This document shows positions 36,096 through 49,770 of a DNA stretch of 64,000 bases, piece after piece. Every line of letters begins with the position of its first letter. Positions within the stretch are counted from its first letter, which is position 1. Position numbers and translations under genes: made by a program. Origin of the DNA: Squalus acanthias (Eukaryota); NCBI GenBank assembly GCA_030390025.1, contig CM059431.1, positions 107,510,001 to 107,574,000 of the forward strand, in the 5' to 3' direction. Below the pieces are notes generated by a model. It saw nothing but the letters and a program-made list of their open reading frames with translations. It searched no databases and was not told where the DNA came from.

Positions 36096-38904
36096 AACAC
36101 CTCATGAAACCCATGAGTACGAATAAAAGCAATTAACCGAGCAATGGTTAACTTATTTGTGCACCTAGAAACAAAGTGCGGCATCATGCACATCATAACT
36201 TCTGCATTAGTACTTTTACTCAATTTGAAGTACAAATAAAACTATATTGAAAATAGCATCATAGAAATGCACTCAGTGCTTCAGTATTCTAATTCTGTCA
36301 CTGCTGTAGTGAAGGTCTACTGGAACCAAGGCAGTTGGGTTTGATAGAATGACAAAATATTTGCAAAACGGGCATTGAGATATTTTAACTGTTCAGCTTG
36401 TGGAAATAAAGACTGACAGCGAAAGATCCATGGACTTGTCTGTAACAAAATCAGCATGATGTCGTGCACATCAGAAACTCACGTCATTGACAACATTAAA
36501 TATTTAGCTAAGATAGCGAACGGAGGGATGTCTACTCCATAATCTTTGCCAAAACCATTTAATTAAATTTGTACCACTTATGTGAATGTTATAACTAATA
36601 GATTTTTTCTTTAAAAATGTGTTATTCTGTAACTTCTGTGGAAGAGTGTATCGGGTTCAATTTGTCCTTGTGCTTTTCTGGACTTGCGTGATACATTCTG
36701 TTGTTCGTCTTGAGGGAGCATGAAATTGGCCTGAAAAAGAGGACTGGAGCATAGTTCATCTGTTCACACGCCAAAAAAATAAATAAACAAAGGCACAAAT
36801 GGACCTTTTCGCTATATTTTATTATGATCTTGATTCGAATAACATAAATGAGGTCAAGCAGCAAATGGTTCTGCTGCGGTTGGGGTTAGAGCGCGTTGCT
36901 GGGGAAACCGGAGCTTTTCTGTGTCGCTGGCTGCGCCATACCTGACCTGGAAGTGCTTGATGCTGACCCTGGATGCCTGTTCAATTTCCAGGATTGAGAT
37001 GTTTCATCGTGATAAGCTTAAGTCTTCACTAAAGAAAACAGATAGAATCACATGGGCATTATATTTATGAATTCGTTTCTGGCAAATCTTTCTTACTTGA
37101 TTTCCTGATATGTGCTGGCAGCAGATGAAGATTTGGAAAATCTATACCAGTATGCAATGACATAAATTGTAACTCATCCTTGCATCACTTGCACATGACG
37201 TCACCAAGAGAAAATGATGCAGTTATCCTCCCTTCCCAAACAAAACAGTCTTGACCAACAATTATTTTCATGATGATGGCGACCCTTATTAAATGAAATG
37301 TTATTTATTGCATTTAATATGCAGAACGATAAAATAAAGATGATTGAATGACTCAAATTCCCCTCTTTACTCAGTACAGTGGAGTGACCCCTTGGCTCAG
37401 TGATAGCATTCCCAACTCTGAGTCAGAAGGTGAAGGGTTCAATGCCCACTCCAGATGGTCAGAGTGAGTGGAGACTAGAATATGGTCTCTAAATACTGGG
37501 TTAACAGCCAGCGGGGTACTCGTGTTCACATGAGTGAACACTGCCTCAGTGGTAACATTCCCCGAGACAGATGGGTTGAGTTTGAGCCCCACTCCAGACA
37601 GCCTCAGAAAGCAGAGACTGGAGTATATGTCCTGCATACTGGATTAAAGACCAGCGGCCGGGGGTTGGGGGGACTTGCGTCTGATGTGTGCATGTGGCCC
37701 TCCCATTGTAAAGGGTAAGTGGGGATCTGCAGCCCTGCTAGGAGAACGTACTCCAAAGATAAAAGCTCTGAGGAAAGCAATAGAAAACCACCTCTGCTAG
37801 TCTGCCCCAGTATGTGGCTCAAGAATCTCATGTGTAAGACTTGAGTTATGACCTGCCCTAGGGCAGAAGAGATGGATGAGTCAGCTCAGTAATTAGCATA
37901 CGTTATTTCATTCCATTGTACTACATATCTCAGCTCTACTATTTAAAATACAAAGATCCTTATGTATATTTAATTCATTCTTTGCAGAGTTGCTGATTGA
38001 GCTGTTTAGTGTGCCAAACGTGTCATTATCATTGAATTTACAGGTCATATCTGATTGGGTGGAATAGACCAAACTACAAAATTGTATGGTGCAAAATCAC
38101 TACAACACAATCCCATTTCACATTGAGCCCAATGATATTTGAAAATCAGGCCTCTTTCATCTGAAATTCCCCATATGCTACCTTAGAGACTGTCCCCAGC
38201 CCAGTTTTAACAAGCTTGATCTGTCAAATAAGTGCCTAAGTCTCCAGCTTGATTTAAATAAATATTCACACCTTTTATTATTGAAGTTACAAAACTTCTT
38301 CGCATAAAAAACATCGGCAATCTTAACAAAAAAAGTACTCTCTTCTGAAGTGCACTCTGAATCCGATCTCAGTTCCGACAAAGTGCGTGCTACCATTTAA
38401 ACTAATGCCTTTTCAAACATTTGCCACTGTGCTCAAACATTTCTTTTTTTACACCTACTGATTTATTAATGGTCCTTCAGTCACACATCCTGCATCTGAC
38501 CTATGAAGAAGTCCACACTTAACACTGCCAAGGTCATTCCATTACATGCTTTCCCCTCTGGGCTTCTAGTGTATCTGCAGCGCTTGTTCCTGAAATCTGT
38601 GTTAAGCATGAGTGCAACATCTGAGTGGAGTTAGTCCCACTCCCCCGCTCTTTCCCCATATCCCTGCAATTTTTTTCTCCTTCTAATATTTATCCAATTC
38701 CCTTTTGAAGGCTGCTATTAGATCTGTATCCACCACCCTATCATATATCAGCTTAAAAAAAATAAACCTTGGATTTAACAAGCCAAAATTTGTCGCAGCC
38801 TAAAGTGACTAGAGTGTCAGCCTGTACTTTTTTCTTTCCCCATGCTAGTTTTGAGGTAAATATTTAATTTTTAATTGAAATTATTATATTGTATTCCCTT
38901 AAGT

Positions 38905-39675
38905 ACAGAAGCTTAAGGGATGAAATAATTGAGGTGTTTAAGTGGTTGATAGGCAAGAGAGAGAGAAACTATTTCATAGAAACATAGAATCTAGGAGCAG
39001 GAGTAGGCCATTCGGCCCGTCGAGCCTGCTCCACCATTCAATACGATCATGGCTGATCATCCAAATCCAGTACCCTGTCCCTGCTTTAATCCCCACAGTA
39101 CACATATCCCACCCGACCCCCGTAACCCCACGTATTTAATTCCCCCCTAACACTAAGGGTCAATTTATCATAGCCAAATCAACCTAACCCGCACATTTTT
39201 GGACTATGGGAGGAAACCGGAGCACCCGGAGGAAACCCACGCAGACACGGGGAGAATGTGCAAACTCCACACAGACAGTCACCCGAGTTCAGATTCGAAC
39301 CCGGGTCTCTGGCGCTGTGAGGCACCAGTGCTAACCACTATGCCACCGTGTTGCCCACTTTTCCTCTGGTGGACGAGTCCAGAACAAAGGGGCATAACCT
39401 TAAAGTTAGAGCCAGGCCGTTCAAGGAATGTCAGGAAGCACTTCTTCACACAAAGGGTAGTGGAAATCTGGAACACTCTTCCCAAAAAAAGATGTTGAGG
39501 CTGGGGATCAATTGAAAATTTCAAAACTGAGATTGATAGATTTTTGTTAGGTAAGGGTATTAAGGGTTACGGAACCAAGGTGGATAGATGGAGTAAAGAT
39601 ACAGATCAGCAATAATCTAATTGACTGGCAGAACAGGCACGAGAGGCTGAATGGCCTCCTCCTGTTCCTATGTTC
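38905..39675 (+). mobile_element. CR1 3' fragment split by an HE1-type SINE
   Basis: gagaaactatttc|...|ctctggtgg continues across the SINE. FFTQRVVEIWN and a CR1 tail follow. Confidence 0.85.
38975..39355 (-). mobile_element. HE1-type V-SINE with a compound tail
   Basis: tRNA head (ggtggcatagtggttagcac...ggttcgaatc) and V-domain gtctgtgtggagtttgcacattctccccgtgtctgcgtgggtttcctccgg. Confidence 0.88.
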
Positions 39676-39949
39676 CTAATAGCCTTCCTTTCAAATTCTC
39701 CTGGCAGCATAATGGTGTATAGATATGAGATTTCTGTTTGAGATCATCTAAGAGGTAAATACAAATACAAGATTGGTGATAAGTATGTTGAAAGGGCTCA
39801 TTACTGAGTGATGGGTATGAATCCATGCCATCTTGGCAGTCTACTGGTGGGTGCATGTCTGAAACAATGATGATCTAGTGGTGAATATGAGCCCAAGTGG
39901 TTAGCAACCTAATGCTGTATGATGTGTATGTTTCCAAGCCCCAGGCAAT

Positions 39950-42900
39950 CTAAGAATATAAGAATTAGGAGCAGGAGTCGGCCATTTGGCCCTTCGAGCC
40001 TGCTCCGCCATTCAATAAGATCATGGCTGATCTTCTACCTCATCCCCACTTTCCTGAACTATCCCCATATCCCTTGATTCCCTTAATATACAAAAATCTA
40101 TCGATCTCTGTCTTGAATATACTCAACGACTGAGCCTCCACAGCCCTCTGGGTTAGAGAATTCCAAAGATTCACCACCCTCTGAGTGAAGAAATTTCTCC
40201 TCATCTCAGTCCTAAATGGCCGACCCCTTATTCTGAGACTGTGACCCCTGGTTGTAGACTCCCCAGCCAGGGGAAACATCCTCCCTGCATCCACATTGTC
40301 AAGCCCTGTAAGAATTTTGTATGCCTCAATGAGATCACCTCTCATTCTTCTAAACTCTAGAGAATATAGGCCTAGTCTACTCAATCTCTCCTCATAGAAT
40401 AATCCCCCCATCCCAGGAACCAGTTTGGTGAACCTTCGTTGCACTCCCTCTATGGCAAGTATATCCTTCCTTAGGTAACAAGACCAAAACTGTACACAAT
40501 ATGCCAAGTGTGGTCTCACCAGGGCACTATATAATTGCAGTAAGATGTCTTTACTCTTATATTCAAATCCTCTTGTAATAAAGGCCAACATACCATTTGC
40601 TTTCCTAATTGCTTGCTGTAGCTACATGTTAACTTTCAGTGATTCGTGTACAAGGACACCAAGGTCCCTCTGAACACTAACATTTCCCAATCTCTCACCA
40701 TTTAAAAAATATTCTGCTTTTCTATTTTTCCTAACAAAGTGGATAACTTCACATTTCTCCACATTATATTCCATTTGCCATGTTCTTGCCCATTCACTTA
40801 ACCTATCTATATCCCCTTGAAGCCTCCTTGCATCCATACCCAGCTTTGTATCATCAGCAAACTTGGATATATTGCATTTGATCCCCTCATCCAAATCATT
40901 GATATATATTGTGAATAGCTGAGGCCCAAGCACTGATCCTTGCGGTACCCCACTAGTTCCAGCCTGCCATCCCGAAAATGACCCATTTATTCCTACTCTT
41001 TGTTTTCTGTCCATTAATAACCTCTTGTGTGGCACCTTATCGAATGCCTTCTGAAAATCCAAATACACCACATCCAGTGGTTCCCCCTTATCTATTCTGC
41101 TAGTTACAACCTCAAAAAACTCTAATAGATTTGTCAAACACGATTTCCCTTTCAAAAATCCGTGTTGACTCTGCCCAATCCTATTATTATTTTCTAAGTG
41201 CCCTGTTACCACGTCCTTAATAATAGAGTCTAGCATTTTCCCTACTACTGATGTCAGGCTAACTGGTCTGTAGTTCCCTGTTTTCTCTCTCCCTCCTTTC
41301 TTAAATAGTGGGGTTACATTTGCTACCTTCCAATCCACAGGAACTGTTCTAGAATCTATGGAATTTTGGAAAGCGACAGCTAATGCATCCACTATCTCTA
41401 TAGCCACCTCTTTCAAAACCCTAGGATGTAGGCCATCAGGTCCAGGGGATTTATTGGATTTCAGTCCCATTAATTTCTCCAGTACTACTTTTTCACTAAT
41501 ACTAATTTCTTTCAGTTCCTCATTCTCGCTAGACCCTTGGTTCTCCACTATTTCCGGGAAGTTTTTTGCGTCTTCTTCCTTGAAGACAGACACAAAGGGG
41601 GGAATTTTCCCAGCCCTGGGGAGGCGGGTATGGAGGCGGGACTGCTGGGAAAATGGCAGAAACTGGGAGCGGGTACCGAACCCGCTCCCAACCCGCCTCC
41701 GTGCCATCTTCCCGGGAGGCGGGTCCCCAACTAGCGCAGGGAACCGCCTCCTCGAGGTGGGAAGGGGATTAGAGCCAATTAACTGCCTGTTAGCAGGTAG
41801 TTAACAGGCAGTTTTGAGGCTTATCCCCATTTTGCCCCTGTAAGTGCGGGCTTCCCGACTGCTGCGAATCTCACCAGGGTCAGCGAGGCGAGCAGTGGGT
41901 CTGCGGGGGTCGGAGGGTTCGAAACGTCCGCTGTGGAGGTGAGTGATGGGTGCAAGTGTGGAGAGGTAAGTATGAGAGGTGAATGTAAAGTGATAGAAAA
42001 AGTTTACTTACCTTTGCTTCTTCCTGCAGGCTTCAACCCTTGGGGATCCGGAGGTGCCTTATCTCAACGGCAGAAGAAGAAGAGATGACAGAATGGCTGC
42101 TGCATTCTCAGATGAGGAAAGAGGTTTTGGTGAGTCTTTATGCAAGGGCTCAACTTAGAACAGAGATTGTCAGTGTTTGACAGCTGACAATTCATGTGTC
42201 AAAAATTTTCGACAGATGCAACGTCTTACGCTGATGTCCTCTGTCACCGGCTTTCCCTTAATTGACCAGCGAAGTCCGGAGGGCGGGCATAACAAGGTCA
42301 ATCAAGGGAAAATAGCGTGGGTTGGCCGGACGTTGTTGGGGGTGGGACTGAAACCCGACAACCAGCAGTCCCACCCCCAACGCGCCCCCATTGACAAAAT
42401 CCAGCCCAAAGTATTTGTTTAATTTCTCAGCCATTTCCTTATTCCCCATTATAATTTCTCCTGTCTCAGCCTGTAAGGGACCCACAATTACTTTCGTTAA
42501 TCCTTTCCTTTTTACATACCTATAGAAGCTTTTACAGTCTGTTTTTATGTCTCTCGCTAGTTTACTCTCATTCTATTTTCCATTTCTTTATCAATTTCTT
42601 GGCCCTCCTTTGCTGAATTCTAAAATCCTCCCAATCCTCAGGCTTACTACTCTTTTTGGCAGCATTATAAGCTGCTTCCTTTGATCTAATACTATCTTTA
42701 ACTTCTTTTGTTAGCCATAGTTGGACCACTTTTCCTGTGGTGTTTTTGTGCCTTAAAGGAATGTATATTTGTTATAAATTATGTATTAATTCTTTAAATG
42801 CTAGCCATTGCTTGCCTACTGACATATCTTTTAATGTAGTTTCCCAATCCACCTTAGCCAACTCGCCCCGTCATACCTACGCAGTTTGCTTTGTTTAAAT

Positions 42901-44380
42901 TTAAGACCCTAGTTTCGGATTTAACGAAGTCACTTTCAAACTCAATATAAAATTCTCTCATATTATGGTCACTCTTCCCTAAAGACCCCTTTACTACAAG
43001 GTAATTAATTAACCCTTTCTCGTTACACAATACTAGATCTAAAATAGCCTGTTCCCTAGTTGGTTCCTCAACATACTGATCTAGAAAACTATCTTGCATA
43101 CATTCTATGAATTCGTCCTCCAAACTATTGCTGCAAATTTGGTTTGCCCATTCTATATGTAGATTAAAGTCCCCCATGATTATTGTATTATCTTGCTACA
43201 TGCGCCTCTAATTTCCTGATTTATACTCTGCCCTACATTACAACTACTGTATGGGGGCCTATAAACAACTCCCACCGATGTTTTCTGCCCCTTGCTGTTT
43301 CTTAGCTCCACCCAAACTGATTCTACTTCTTGATTTTTGGAGCTAAGATCCTTTCTCTCTACTGTCTTTATCCCATCCTTTATTTTCAGGGCTACACTTC
43401 CTCCTTTTCTATTTTGCCTATCCCTTCTAAAAGTTATGTATCCTGGAATATTTAGTTCCCAACCTTGGCCACTTTGCAACCACATCTCTGTTATGGCTAT
43501 TAGATCAAACCTGTTAATTTCTATCTGCACTATTAATTCATCTATTTTGTTGCAAATGCTTCGCGCATTCAGATATAGTGCCTTTAGCTTTGACTTATTT
43601 CATTTTTTCCCTGATGTTACCTTAGTCACTGATGTCTTTGTTACTCTCTCTGTCTCCTCCTGACCCACTCTGCTTATTTTTACCCAATACTGCTCTAGAG
43701 CCTTGACATGTCTCTCACTGCTTTTAATTTTACTCTTTTCTGAATCCTCCCACCCCCACTTCATTAGTTTAAAACCCTGTCCACTGCCCTAGGTATTCGG
43801 TTCGCCAGGACACTGGTCCCAACCCGGTTTAAGTGGAGCCCATCCCAATGGAACAGCTCCCTCTTTCCCCAGTACTGGTGCCAGTGCCCCATGAACTGAA
43901 ACCCCTTCCTCCCACACCACTCTTTAAACCTCTAATCTGTCTGTCCCTATGCCAATTTGCGCGTGGCTCAGGTAACAATCCAAAGGTTCTTACCTTTGAG
44001 GTTCTGCTTTTTAATTTGGATCCTAGCCCCTCAAACTCCCTCAGCAGAACCTCATTCCTAGTTCTACCGATGTTGTTGGTTCCTACGTGGACCACGACAA
44101 CTGGATCCTCCCCCTCCCACTCTAAGTTCTTCTCCAGCCACGAGGAGATGCTTTAACCCGGGCACTAGGCAGGCAGCACAACCTTCGGAACTCTCAGTCG
44201 CGGCTGCAGAGAACAGTATCTATCCCCCTGACTATACTGTCTCCTACCACAACTACATGCCCTTTCACTCCCCCCACTTGAATGGCCTCCTGCATCTTGG
44301 TGCCATGGTCAGCCTGCTCATCCATCCTGCAGGCTTTTCCCTCATCCACACAGGCAGCAAGAACATCATACCTGTGCTGC
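39950..44380 (-). mobile_element. Long CR1 LINE: esterase ORF1 plus APE-RT ORF2, frameshifted and 5'-truncated
   Basis: ORF1 has VVVGDSIVRG and VHVGTNNIG (SGNH). The endonuclease has DLIAITE, VGVVYRPP, MGDFN, LDLVL and SDHN. RT has NYRPVSLTS, YLDFQKAFDKVPH, GVPQGSVLGP and FADDTK. A 3' tail is present, and a MITE is inserted at 41597. Confidence 0.95.
41597..42407. mobile_element. Harbinger-type MITE, family B (copy 1)
   Basis: Termini ggggggaatttt / aaaatccagccc, TSD AAA. Removing it restores CR1 gacacaaagtatttg. Confidence 0.9.
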
Positions 44381-44654
44381 ACAAGTGTCCAAATCCCTAA
44401 CAATCTAGTAATTTGGTATGTATCCAAATTTTTGATGATCTTTGATGCATTTTATGTTCCACTTAAGGCCAACTGGGGAATGCATCCCTGACAGGCCAGT
44501 GTTGGAATGTTCCTAATTTCCTGCCAAACACAGTTGAGTCTCCTTTCTGCTTGGGCGCAGGACTTCCCACTGCGTGCAATAAACCTTCAGCATTACAAAT
44601 ACGAACAGGAATGAAGTCTGGCATGGCGAAAGCCAAATTTGGTGCAATTGGTTG

Positions 44655-44933
44655 AACAACAACAACTTGCATTTATATAGCACCGTTAATGTAGTAACAC
44701 ATCCCCAAGATGCTTCACAGGAGTGTTATCAAACAAAATTTGACACCGAGCTACATAAGCAGATGTTAAAGAGGTAAAATTTAAAGAGCCTCTAAAAGGA
44801 GGAGAGGGAGGTAGAGAGGCGGAAAAGTTCAGGAAGGGAATTCCAGAGCTTAGGCCGAGACAACAGAAGGCACGTCCACCAATGGTGGAGCAATGAAAAT
44901 CGGGGATGGGCAATAGGCCAGAATTGGAGGAGA
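44655..44933 (-). mobile_element. L2 3' fragment, continuing at about 45909-45973 beyond the CR1 insertion
   Basis: Same family as 10462-11065, with a (caa)n tail. Confidence 0.8.
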
Positions 44934-45908
44934 ACATAAGAACATAGGAAATAGGAGCAGGAATAGGCCACTTGGCCCCTTGAACCTGCTCCGCCACTTA
45001 ATAAGATCATGGCTGATCTCGGGCTCAAAGCCACTTCCCCGCCCGCTCCCCATAACCCTTCACTCCCTTATCTTGCAAAAATCTGTCTATCTCCACCTTA
45101 AATGTATTTAATGACCCAGCCTCCACAGCTCTCTGGGGCAGAGAATTCCACAGATTTACAACCCTCTGAGAGAAGAAATTCCTCCTCATCTCAGTTCTAA
45201 ATGGGCGACCCTTTATTCTAAAACAATGTCCCCGAGTTCTAGATTTCCCCACGAGGGGAAACATCCTCTCTGCATCTACCTTGTCGAGACCCCTCAGTAT
45301 CTTATATGTTTCAATAAGATCACCTCTCATTCTTCTAAATTCCAATGAGTATAGGCCCAGCCTGCTCAACCTTTCCTCATAAGTCAACCATCTCATCTCT
45401 GGAATTAACCTAGTGAATCGTCTCTGAACTGTCTCCAATGCAAGTATATCCTTCCTTAAATAAGGAGACCAAAACTGTATGCAGTACTCAAGGTGTGGTC
45501 TCACCAATACCCTGTACAGTTGTAGCAAGACTTCCCTGCTTTTATACTCCAACCCCTTTGAAATAAAGGCCAGCATTCCATTTGCCTTTTTGATTCCTTG
45601 CTGTACCTGCATGCTAACTTTTTGTGTTTCATGCACAAGGACCCCCAGGTCCCTCTGAACTGTAGCATTTTGTAATCTCTCGCCATTTAAATAATAATTT
45701 GTTTTTTTATTTTTCCTGCCAAAGTGTATAACCTCGCACTTTCCCACATTATACTCCATCTGCCAAATGTTTGCCCACTCACTTAGCCTGTCTATATCCC
45801 TTTGCAGGTTCTTTGCGTCCTCTGCACAACTTGCTTTCCCACCCATCTTTGTATCATCAACAAACTTGGCTACATTACACTCGGTCCCTTCATCCAAGTC
45901 ATTAATGT
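44934..45908 (-). mobile_element. Young CR1 3' kilobase with an uninterrupted RT C-terminal frame
   Basis: ORF 45025-46020 reads YINDLDEG..KFVDDTK...RPHLEYC...WNSLPQ...GYGERAGKW. A tail is present. Confidence 0.95.
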
Positions 45909-45973
45909 AGTGCAGAGATCTCAGAGTGTTGTAGGAGCTGGAGGAGGTTACAGAGATTAAAGGCAAAGTCATG

Positions 45974-46349
45974 GAGGGCGAATTTTCACGGTGGTTCTCC
46001 CATTCTAACTTTAGCAGCAAATCCTCAGAAACCCCAGAGAAAGAGCATAAAGCTGTTTACACCATTTCTCCGCTGAAGTAATGGTGGACGGTCGGGAGAA
46101 AACCTGTGGAAGTTCACTCCCCACTGTGCACACCTTTCTGTCACTGAGTTGTTGCTCTGATCAACGCTCAGAAATCTTCCGGGGAACGTGAATCTCCACA
46201 GATGTTCTCCCAATCGGCAGTCACATCTTCAGCGAAGATCTGTGGAAACCCCGGAGTAACACTGCAAGCGCATTTCTCCTGGGTTTCCCTGTAATTTTCC
46301 GCCAAGGTTCTGGTGGCGGATAAGAAGAACCCCCGCAGAAAATAAACCC
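45974..46349. mobile_element. Probable degraded Harbinger-type MITE
   Basis: Ends gggcgaattttc / gaaaataaaccc. A related partial copy lies at about 46437-46600. Confidence 0.5.
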
Positions 46350-47025
46350 TTTAGTTTTTAAAACTGTTTGAAGGGCATGAGCCTCTTTGAAGTGGAAGCG
46401 GCTAACTTAGCAGCCGCTTACACTAACAAATGTAACAGGGGTAGAATTGCCACCGGGGGATCCCTAAACAACAGCAGAAAATTGGTGGAAACCCAAAGAA
46501 ATACCATGCATGGCCGTTTATGCCGGTTGTCCAGGGTTTCTGTGGATTTTCCACCAAAGTTACGGCAGCTAAGCAGGAGATTCACCACCGATGTGATTCA
46601 GAAACTGCTGCTTTAATGTGTACCAGCCAATCGTCTCTAACATATAAAAACAAAGTCACATCGCTGTGTGATATCAAACAACGTTGAAATTCACATAGCC
46701 AGTGTTTGTAGGGAACTGAATTGCTGGTTACACAGTTTACCTTGGAAAATCATAAAACAATTATCACATACAAAACCTTTGAAGTAGGTCATTTGCAATT
46801 TGACTAACTGGAGGATGTATGATGATAGATCAAAGTTTCCTCATTCACCCTTTCCCAGATGCCATTTTATGTATAAAAAAAACAAGCAGCAAATTTATTT
46901 TAGAGTTTAACCTTTACATTTTTTAGATTTCTTTCTAAATCTTGATCTTACAGCATTCGCCACTTCTCAAGGAACTCAATCTCCTGATATTTTTTTGCCT
47001 TTCAGATGTTGTGGGAAATTATGCT

Positions 47026-48708
47026 GTGATAGATATTCCTCACCTCGGTGGGTCCGGGGCGGGCGACGTCGGTGGCGGGTCCCGACCCCGCTGCTGGCTC
47101 CAGCCCGCTCTGGAAAATGAACTTACTTTAACGGGGCTTGTTAAGCCCGCCCCGCACGTTTCCTGGCCCAATTAGAAGGAGCGGGTCTGGTGACATCATT
47201 CATGACGCATCTTGAGGGACCATCTTAAAGGGACCATAGCCAACTTACTTTTGACATTTGTGCTGTCAGTGTTCTACAGCATTGAAGTGCTGCAAACACT
47301 GACAATGACTGCACAGAGGTGCACGGCTGCACCCAGGCTCTCCCCTGACTCCCTCCATGTGCTTATGGAGGGAGTCACAGCATACAGGGAGGTCCTCTTC
47401 CCTTTCCATGGGCAGAAGAGACCTCCCCAGGAGACCAACACAGCCTGGTTGCACATTGGACAGGAGGGCACAAGCAGGGATGTCATCAGGGGGACCAGGC
47501 TGCAGTGGCACAAACCTTTCAATGATCTCAGTAGATCATGAAACGTTAGTACAAAGCCACTCTCAACCTCATCCTGCTGTGCCTCTCAGCAGATCCCCAT
47601 CACCCTGCCTTCCCTACCCTACTCCTGCACATCCTTACACCAACTTACCTTGCACCTCCACCCATCCCTCTCTATCTACATTATCACATCCCCATCTCAC
47701 TAGCCACCCCTCACATTCACCCTAATCCTAGTGCCATCATACCAACTAACAACACACAAGGGTAGCCACTTGGGTGTTTTAGCCAATGTTCATGTAAAAT
47801 TTCTGTTAATGTGCTGTCAAATATTGAAACCTTTATTTTCAACACTTTGTGTTCTTGGACAGATTTGTGTGCACCTTGGAAGTGTCTTAGTGAGTTGTAG
47901 TGAATGGTGAGTTGTAACGGTATCCCCCGCAATGGTGATGAGTGTGAAAGGAATGGCTTGGACATTGTAGGGATACTTTATGTTGTTGGTGTGGGGTGGT
48001 GCCAACCTGGCACATCATGTGGCAGCCAGGGTGTACAGCATCAAGTGAAGTATATCTGGCCATGTGTGAGGTCATCCTTGGCCTCACAGGCAGCAATGTG
48101 CTCGGGTGTTGATGCCCTCTGTTCTGTGGTCGGATTCTGAGGACCAAGGTTGGGCAGTATAAAGGGCACCCATATTGATGGAATAGATAGCAGGTGAAGT
48201 AGAGATGATAGAAGCATTCTGTCAATGGTGAGAGAATTCTTCCAATGAGGTGAGAGTGGATGCAGAGTGGAAAGTGGAAAGCCTGCAGAATCAGTGCTGG
48301 AAATGGACTGAGAAACAGGTTGTGGCTGAGGAAAGTGATGATCTGTCACGTGGGAGCGTTTACTGTACATTTGAAGCTGTCAAGAAATCAGCTGGAGCAA
48401 TGGCCACTGAACTCCCGCCTCAGGTTGACAGCTGTGATCACCGAACAATGTGGTTCCCGTGGTCCTGCAGTTAAAGTCAAAAAGTAAGTTAAAAAAGTCT
48501 GTTAAGCATCTGTCAACTAGATGCTAGTGAGTTTAATTGGGTCCCCCGCCGCTGCTGGTTGGGTCTGCTCAGTGTTGACAGACCCGACATTGGGAAAGGT
48601 GCGTTGGAGCAGTTTGACAGCCGGTTTCCGACCCGCTGTAAAAAAAAACACTTTCCCACCTGACCCACCACCGATCCTGCCCGCTAACTCCCCGCAAAAT
48701 CTCAGCCC
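47026..48708 (+). mobile_element. Non-autonomous Harbinger retaining a Myb/SANT-like DNA-binding domain remnant
   Basis: 47305-47541 reads APRLSPDSLHVLMEGVTAYREVLFP..GQKRPPQETNTAWLHI..E.TSRDV..T.LQW.K.FNDL (MSANTD/NAIF1-like). GC-rich ends, right terminus aaaatctcagccc. Confidence 0.8.
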
Positions 48709-49306
48709 CAGGTGATTGATCACAACCGTTCAAGATGTTCCAGTACCTCAGGCGTGGTTTTCCGATGCTTTTTCCGTTACCCTTCCCTCTCCACTCCCAG
48801 CTTACTCTTACAATCACACTGCTGACTATTTTTTTTCTCCCCACCAAACCCTCCCCCACCCCCACCCCCTACACCACTTCCTTTTGGTTCAGCAGCTTTT
48901 GATCCATATTATCTCCTGCTCTTCTTCCCCCTTTGCTTTATTAACAGCTGGAGGTTTAGCAGAGATTCTCCAATTGGATGGTACCATAGTCAAACACAGG
49001 TCTGCAGCCTGGCCGTCCCATCGTTTGAGTCATTGATGGCACTTTGAGAAGCTGCCAGGTAAATCCTGGCATAGCTGCACTGACAGTTCTTGACTGGTTG
49101 GGTGTCTGTATCATGGAGTTCCGTCTAAAGGGGACACCACTAAGGCAATCGATAGGACACATGCCTTCTAGTATTGGAATCTGGCAATCATTTTCCAATC
49201 ACAGTGGTGACTCTTGCTCCCTATCAACATTGAGAAAATTAGCTGTCTAGCTTAAAGAACCTGAGCTACTCAGATAGGCACAAGGACCTTGGTCTATTTA
49301 CTTTAG

Positions 49307-49770
49307 TGCAGCGTAGACTTAGAGGTGACCTGATAGAGGTCTATAAAATCATTAAAGGGCTGGATAGCATTCTATTGAGAGATTCTTCCAGTTTAGCAGA
49401 TTCAGGAGGACCAGGGCACATGAGCTTAAACTATGTAAGAGTAGGAGTAGACTGGATGTTGGGCGTTTCTTCTTTTCCCAGAGAGTAGTGAGACTTGGAA
49501 TACATTGCCGGTTGGTGTGGTGGGTGCTGACTCTCTGCATTGCCTTCAAGAGAGAGCTGGACCGGTTCCTGACTGGAGCAGTGATCACATCATAGAGAAG
49601 GTAACTGTTTTTACAGATAACACTTGGTCCATGTGATCCCCTGAACTGGTTTTGATTGCCTGAGGGGATTGGAGAGGAATTTTCCAGGGTATTTTTTCCC
49701 GTATTGGCACTGGATGTTTTGCTCTGGTTTTTTGCCTCTCCCAGGAGATTGCATGGCTGCCTGGTGTCCG
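49307..49770 (+). mobile_element. CR1-like 3' fragment (distinct subfamily), followed by a DeuSINE tail to about 49980
   Basis: QRRLRGDLIEVYKIIKGLD and a different 3'UTR. Confidence 0.7.

Noticed and set aside
47212..47541. Host MSANTD/NAIF1 gene
   Set aside because: The domain is degenerate, ends at a stop, and lies inside a terminus-bounded element.
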